From: Candidatus Levyibacteriota bacterium | Lineage (GTDB): Bacteria; Patescibacteriota; Microgenomatia; Levybacterales; UBA12049 | Direction: 5' to 3' | NCBI GenBank assembly: GCA_016182205.1 | Contig: JACOXW010000013.1 | Coordinates: 1-59,883 of the forward strand | Length of the DNA stretch: 59,883 bases | In this document: positions 55,754 to 59,883 of the stretch, piece after piece | Numbering within the stretch: position 1 is the first letter of the stretch | Layout: each line of letters begins with the position of its first letter | The notes under the pieces: generated by a model | The model's input: only the letters and a program-made list of their open reading frames with translations | Databases searched by the model: none | What the model was told of the DNA's origin: nothing | Position numbers and translations under genes: made by a program

Positions 55754-56884
55754 TTATCTTTTATTTTTTGCCACCTCCTCTAAAACCTTCAGCGTCTCTC
55801 GTGCGGTTTTCTCCCAAGAAAACTTCTGTACCTGCTTTCTCCCTTTTTCTATCATTCCAGCTCTCAATTTCTTGTCTGATAAAACATCTTCCATGTTTTT
55901 AGCCAACTCATCGATATTTTCTGGATCTATATATAGAGCCGCGTCTCCCCCTGCCTCAGGTAGACTTGAGATATTGCTTGTAATAACAGGACAATCATAT
56001 GACATTGCTTCAAGTACCGGGAGCCCAAAACCTTCATATAAACTCGGCAATACAAAACACGCTGCGTTTTTGTAAAGACTTATCAATTCGTCTTCTGCAA
56101 CAAAAGAAAGAAAATGCACACGTTTTTCAATACCGTACTTTTTAGGCGCATTTATAATATCTTCGTAAAGCCACCCTGGTTTCCCAACAATTACTAAATC
56201 CGTATCTTCCTTTCTAATGGCAATTTTTTGAAACGCCTGAATAAGGCGTTCAATATTTTTTCGAGGCTGGAGAGTACCTACAAAGAGGATATAAGAAGAA
56301 GGAATACCGAATTTTTCTTGTAGTTCTTTCATGGAAGAAAAAATCTTGGTTATGGCGAAAGGTTTTTTAAGCCCCAGGTACGTTACAACCACCTTTTCTT
56401 CTGGGACATTATATACTTGCATTATATCATTTTTACTTGCCTGACTGATGGTAAGCACTTTTGTTGCGTTTTTTACAGAATACTCAGTCCAACGTTTTAG
56501 CTTATAGAGATCGGATTTTCGAAAAAGGTCTGGAAAAAATTCATATGATACATCCATAATAGAAACAACTGTTGGAATGGGAGAAAACCTCGGTGCATAA
56601 TGGGTGGGAGAGAAAAATACATCGGGACGCGGTTTATGGAAATACAAATCCAGAGGTAATCCAAACTGTGTCCAAAGTTTCTTGGGGTGAACTATCCTAT
56701 ATTCCCACCCTTGCCGTTGCTTAGGCATATCTTTTCTCGGTTCATCCTTCAAGTATATCCTAAATTGGACATCGGATATTTGAAATTGGAAATTCGAGAG
56801 CTGCTGAAGCAGTTCGAAGCAGTATTCACTAATGCCTACTTTTTTTTCGATATTTGCTTCGTTCCCGTCGATACCTATAATCAT
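55754..56884 (-). CDS. glycosyltransferase family 4 (GT-B)
   Basis: YEGFGLPVLEAMSYDCPVITSN. The start at MIIGIDGNEA gives an ATGA overlap with the stop of ORF 56881-57417. Confidence 0.8.
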   Translation of the reverse strand: MIIGIDGNEANIEKKVGISEYCFELLQQLSNFQFQISDVQFRIYLKDEPRKDMPKQRQGWEYRIVHPKKLWTQFGLPLDLYFHKPRPDVFFSPTHYAPRFSPIPTVVSIMDVSYEFFPDLFRKSDLYKLKRWTEYSVKNATKVLTISQASKNDIMQVYNVPEEKVVVTYLGLKKPFAITKIFSSMKELQEKFGIPSSYILFVGTLQPRKNIERLIQAFQKIAIRKEDTDLVIVGKPGWLYEDIINAPKKYGIEKRVHFLSFVAEDELISLYKNAACFVLPSLYEGFGLPVLEAMSYDCPVITSNISSLPEAGGDAALYIDPENIDELAKNMEDVLSDKKLRAGMIEKGRKQVQKFSWEKTARETLKVLEEVAKNKR

Positions 56885-57417
56885 ATACCTGGATATGTTA
56901 CTACCAGCCTTTCCGGTTCTATTCCCAATATTTCTTGCGCGTCTTTTTTCGTAGCTTCGGAAATACATAAAATCTTTTCCGATTCTTTTTTTACCCAGGC
57001 AAGTTTTCTTTTCTGCACCGAGACTATTTTCCCGTCTGTTTCTTGTGGGAATTTATACACAATAAGATCATATAAAATTGTCACTTTTTTTGCTTTCTTT
57101 GCCGGCGGCTCTGTCCAATCTGAAGTTATAAATATATCAACATCACCTACAAACCATTCAAGAGGTGCAATATGCAGTGTGTTCCATAAGAAGGCAAGCA
57201 ACGACTGAGGAATAAAGAATCTTCTAAGTGAAATCCGTTTGTCATTCCTAACACGCTCTACCAGCGATGAGTCCGGGTTCTGACGCAGCGATGAGAAAAA
57301 AAATATGTATTCATTTGCAATATCAATTGCAGTTAATCTATCAACCAGGTTGGTTAGATATTGGGAAACACCAGTATTCTTGTAAGCGGTCTGACTAATA
57401 TCAACTCCAATCTTCAT
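56881..57417 (-). CDS. GT4 N-terminal-domain-only protein (truncated paralogue of the downstream GT4)
   Basis: MKIGVDISQTAY...ATKKDAQEILGIEPERLVVTYPGI-stop parallels residues ASKNDIMQVYNVPEEKVVVTYLGL of the next gene. It ends where the C-terminal Rossmann domain should begin. Confidence 0.6.
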   Translation of the reverse strand: MKIGVDISQTAYKNTGVSQYLTNLVDRLTAIDIANEYIFFFSSLRQNPDSSLVERVRNDKRISLRRFFIPQSLLAFLWNTLHIAPLEWFVGDVDIFITSDWTEPPAKKAKKVTILYDLIVYKFPQETDGKIVSVQKRKLAWVKKESEKILCISEATKKDAQEILGIEPERLVVTYPGI

Positions 57418-57493
57418 AACTTAATTGTATATGAAAATATATCAAGGTGCTAGAAACTCTTTTTTTCTGATTCTTTTGGACTTGTCCATATCT

Positions 57494-57715
57494 TTATATC
57501 TTTTTGTTTCCACGGTATAACAATATAACAACAGCGCACAAAAACAAAGCTGCACCATACAGCACAAAACGCTGTGCGGTAAAAAAAACCCAGAAATTAA
57601 AAAGAGGAATTGAAAGAAGGATGAATAATATTCCTAAAACTACAAAAAGCAGGGGGCTTCTTTTCCAAATCAAAACCGCTAAAATCAGAAAAAATATAAT
57701 ATCCTGTATTTTCAC
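57494..57715 (-). CDS. small 2-3 TM membrane protein
   Basis: 73-aa hydrophobic ORF with a 4-nt overlap to the upstream GT2 fragment. Confidence 0.4.
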   Translation of the reverse strand: MKIQDIIFFLILAVLIWKRSPLLFVVLGILFILLSIPLFNFWVFFTAQRFVLYGAALFLCAVVILLYRGNKKI

Positions 57716-58547
57716 TTTGTGTCTGTTGTGTATTTCAACGATAAATTCTGTTCCTTTTTATGTGCAACATTTAGTATTAGGTCTGCAATAAACCCGGTAA
57801 AAAAAACTTGAAAACCACTTAAAACTAAAAGCATTCCCAAAAATAATAATGGCCGTCTTCCAATTGCCTCTCCTATAAAATGTAAATAACTCAAATAAAT
57901 AAGAATAATTATTCCTGTTAAAGATAGTCCTAATCCTACAGTTCCGAAAAAATGCATGGGGCGCATACTATATTTAGTCAAGAAAAACATTGTAAATACA
58001 TCAGGAAAATCTTTCCAGAGTTTTGAAAAACCGTATTTTGATTTTCCATATTTTCTCAACTCATGCATAACCGGAACTTCAGTTACAGAAAACCCTTGCT
58101 GGTAGACCAAAACCGGGATAAACCGATGCATACCACCATACAGATATAGTGATTGTGCTGCTTCTTTTGTATACATTTTTAATCCGCAATTATAATCATG
58201 AAGCTCTAGTCCCCAAAATCTCTCATCTTTTCAAGAAGTTTTTTTATCTCTTGGGGTCTATCCTGCAAATCTGCGTCAAGTGTCACAATTACATCTCCCT
58301 TTACGTTGTGGAAACCGTAGGTTAATGCCTCAGCTTTTCCCTGATTTTTACGGAAAGAGAAAATGCGGATACTTTCGTCTTTTTCCGCTAATGATTTAAG
58401 AAGAGATAATGAGCTGTCAGTTGAGCCGTCGTCAATATAGTTAATATCATAACTCTTGTTTAGAGTTTTCATAACATCAACTAACTCCATATGGAATTCT
58501 TTTATACTTTCTTCCTCGTTGAATATTGGAATAACTAAACTAATCAT
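57712..58547 (-). pseudogene. GtrB/DPM1-like polyprenyl-phosphate GT2, split by an internal deletion plus frameshift
   Basis: The 113-aa ORF carries VIPIFNEE...DDGSTD...DADLQD and stops at MRDFGD. The second frame opens as ...FWGLELHDYNCGLKMYTKE...HRFIP...GKSKY plus 2 C-terminal TM helices. About 35-40 residues normally found between the two halves are absent. Confidence 0.7.
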
Positions 58548-59883
58548 GTTTTTTTAATATAAATAGCCCGCCTGATACCAAAAATATGGTAAAAATACTC
58601 ACCACTAAACCGATATTTACAAATTTTTGTGGCGCATAGTAAACCATAAATGTATAGCTTCCGTCTTTTGGAAGTCGAAAACTATTAAAAAGCTTATTGT
58701 ATGGGTCTGATTGTATCAAATTTCCCCCTATGTTGGCCACCCAATGACTATCAAAGCTCTCCGAAAAAACAATAAGATCGTTCTTTTTTGCATTTTTGAC
58801 ATAAACGATGTATTCTGTCGGGTTTCTATAAGTGAAGCTCAGATCTCTATTTTGGGGACTGAAGAAATGAGTTTTTGCATCGTTTAGTTCAAATACACCG
58901 ATTTGCCTGAAAGAGGCTACTCGTTTCAACCATGAAATCTTCTCAATTTCTTTTATTGTTTTTACATACTGGCGATTATCATATTTCCTGTCATTTAGAA
59001 ATATCTCTCCCTCACTATCATAAGGAACAATAAGATACTTAACAGATAATTCCTGCAGTTTTTTCTCTATCCCGTTCTCTTTCAATTTTTTCAGCAATTG
59101 ACCTTTATCATAAATCCGAAAATACTCTTGTGCTGATACGGCGGGATATTGTTCTGACCTTAGCCCATATCGTCCTACCGTTGGAACCCAAAATGTTCTA
59201 AAAAACTGAGGCTGTGAAGAAAGGAATCCTTCAAGTTTTATATATTCGTCTGGAATGGTATGCGGTATGAATGTTCCTCTCAGTTCTCCAAATAAGGCCG
59301 GTTTTATTAAGAAAAGCAGATACAACAACACGCCGATAAGAAATATATTCTGAATATTTAAGGAGAGTACTTTTGATTTTATGTTAAATGCAATTACACG
59401 AGAAAATGTGGATTTGGGTTGATTATTTAACAAATCAAAAATTGATTTAATGCTAAAGGGTATAAGAACAGAGTACGAAACTGCGATAAGAGTGTACCAT
59501 TTCGTTGGATCACGAAACATCATAAAACCGGGGAAATGCTGAAAAAGCCATACGTAGATATTACCAAAAGGTTCATTTGCGCCTTTCGCAAGAAATGATC
59601 CTATCAATCCGAGTATCGCAAAAAACAAAATATACCTTCTTGTATGGCTATTTTTAAATGGAGAGAAAATAAATGACGTGTATGCTATAACCGCAAGAAG
59701 CAGAAATTCTGGTTTCATAAATCCTACCTTACCAAAAATATTCTCAGGCCAATATGGATGGAGGAGTGAAAATCCCTGTTCAAATGTCGCAAAACTCAAA
59801 TATTGTACGGCATTGGTTGTAACATACTCTGATCCTAATTGGGCCGATACACTTTTTCCCATAATTATAAGCGGCAGTATCCA
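58540..59883 (-). CDS. large polytopic membrane protein, 5'-partial (runs off the window)
   Basis: The frame stays open upstream of the tracked Met to the window edge. Hydrophobic helices are followed by a soluble domain and a C-terminal TM helix. Glycan-locus context. Confidence 0.5.
   Translation of the reverse strand, partial: WILPLIIMGKSVSAQLGSEYVTTNAVQYLSFATFEQGFSLLHPYWPENIFGKVGFMKPEFLLLAVIAYTSFIFSPFKNSHTRRYILFFAILGLIGSFLAKGANEPFGNIYVWLFQHFPGFMMFRDPTKWYTLIAVSYSVLIPFSIKSIFDLLNNQPKSTFSRVIAFNIKSKVLSLNIQNIFLIGVLLYLLFLIKPALFGELRGTFIPHTIPDEYIKLEGFLSSQPQFFRTFWVPTVGRYGLRSEQYPAVSAQEYFRIYDKGQLLKKLKENGIEKKLQELSVKYLIVPYDSEGEIFLNDRKYDNRQYVKTIKEIEKISWLKRVASFRQIGVFELNDAKTHFFSPQNRDLSFTYRNPTEYIVYVKNAKKNDLIVFSESFDSHWVANIGGNLIQSDPYNKLFNSFRLPKDGSYTFMVYYAPQKFVNIGLVVSIFTIFLVSGGLFILKKHD

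Overview
The window is a compact, low-GC segment (about 35-38% GC, estimated by eye from sampled lines). It is coded almost entirely on the minus strand and looks like a CPR/Patescibacteria-type bacterium; that assignment is an inference from gene content and style. Read right to left, it holds a surface-glycan locus (41.4-59.9 kb: DUF4012, priming sugar transferase, ManC-like, GT2/GT4/GT-C enzymes, O-antigen-ligase-like protein, acetyltransferase), then recO and an M20-peptidase::GlyRS fusion ORF. Next is a long dcw/peptidoglycan cluster: mraZ-rsmH-ftsL-ftsI ... murE-murC-murA-glmU-like-HAD-glmS-hydrolase-murF-DegT-FemX-mraY-ftsW-murG-ftsQ-like-ftsA-ftsZ. After it come housekeeping genes (ileS, rodA, rplU, rpmA, parB, lepB, FKBP) and tRNA-Val. 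Two blocks are compositionally foreign, at roughly 52-65% GC in sampled lines, with strong Shine-Dalgarno sites. (a) Positions 1-1650 abut the 3' end of tRNA-Val. (b) A ~4.1 kb three-gene operon at 30.1-34.2 kb is inserted antisense exactly between ftsI and murE. It encodes an HTH-like protein, a 648-aa GHKL (MORC/MutL-type) ATPase with a C-terminal beta-sandwich-like module, and a coiled-coil protein. It has no integrase and is bracketed by an 11-bp perfect inverted repeat. This is my best candidate for an undescribed system, possibly a conflict/defence or DNA-manipulating module; chimeric assembly must be excluded. The second notable item is a leaderless Doc toxin-antitoxin cassette, including an untracked 41-aa ORF, inserted at the 3' end of ftsZ. 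It is flanked by two 33-nt copies of the ftsZ C-terminal codons ((D/E)IPAFLRQRN-stop) that differ almost only at synonymous positions. Other oddities:
- ftsI is broken by a 1-nt homopolymer frameshift.
- MurE lacks its N-terminal domain.
- MurF carries an N-terminal polytopic membrane domain.
- A GtrB-like GT2 is internally deleted.
- A GT4 paralogue is truncated.
- A three-box MraZ operator sits upstream of mraZ.
No rRNA, CRISPR array, transposase or integrase was seen.
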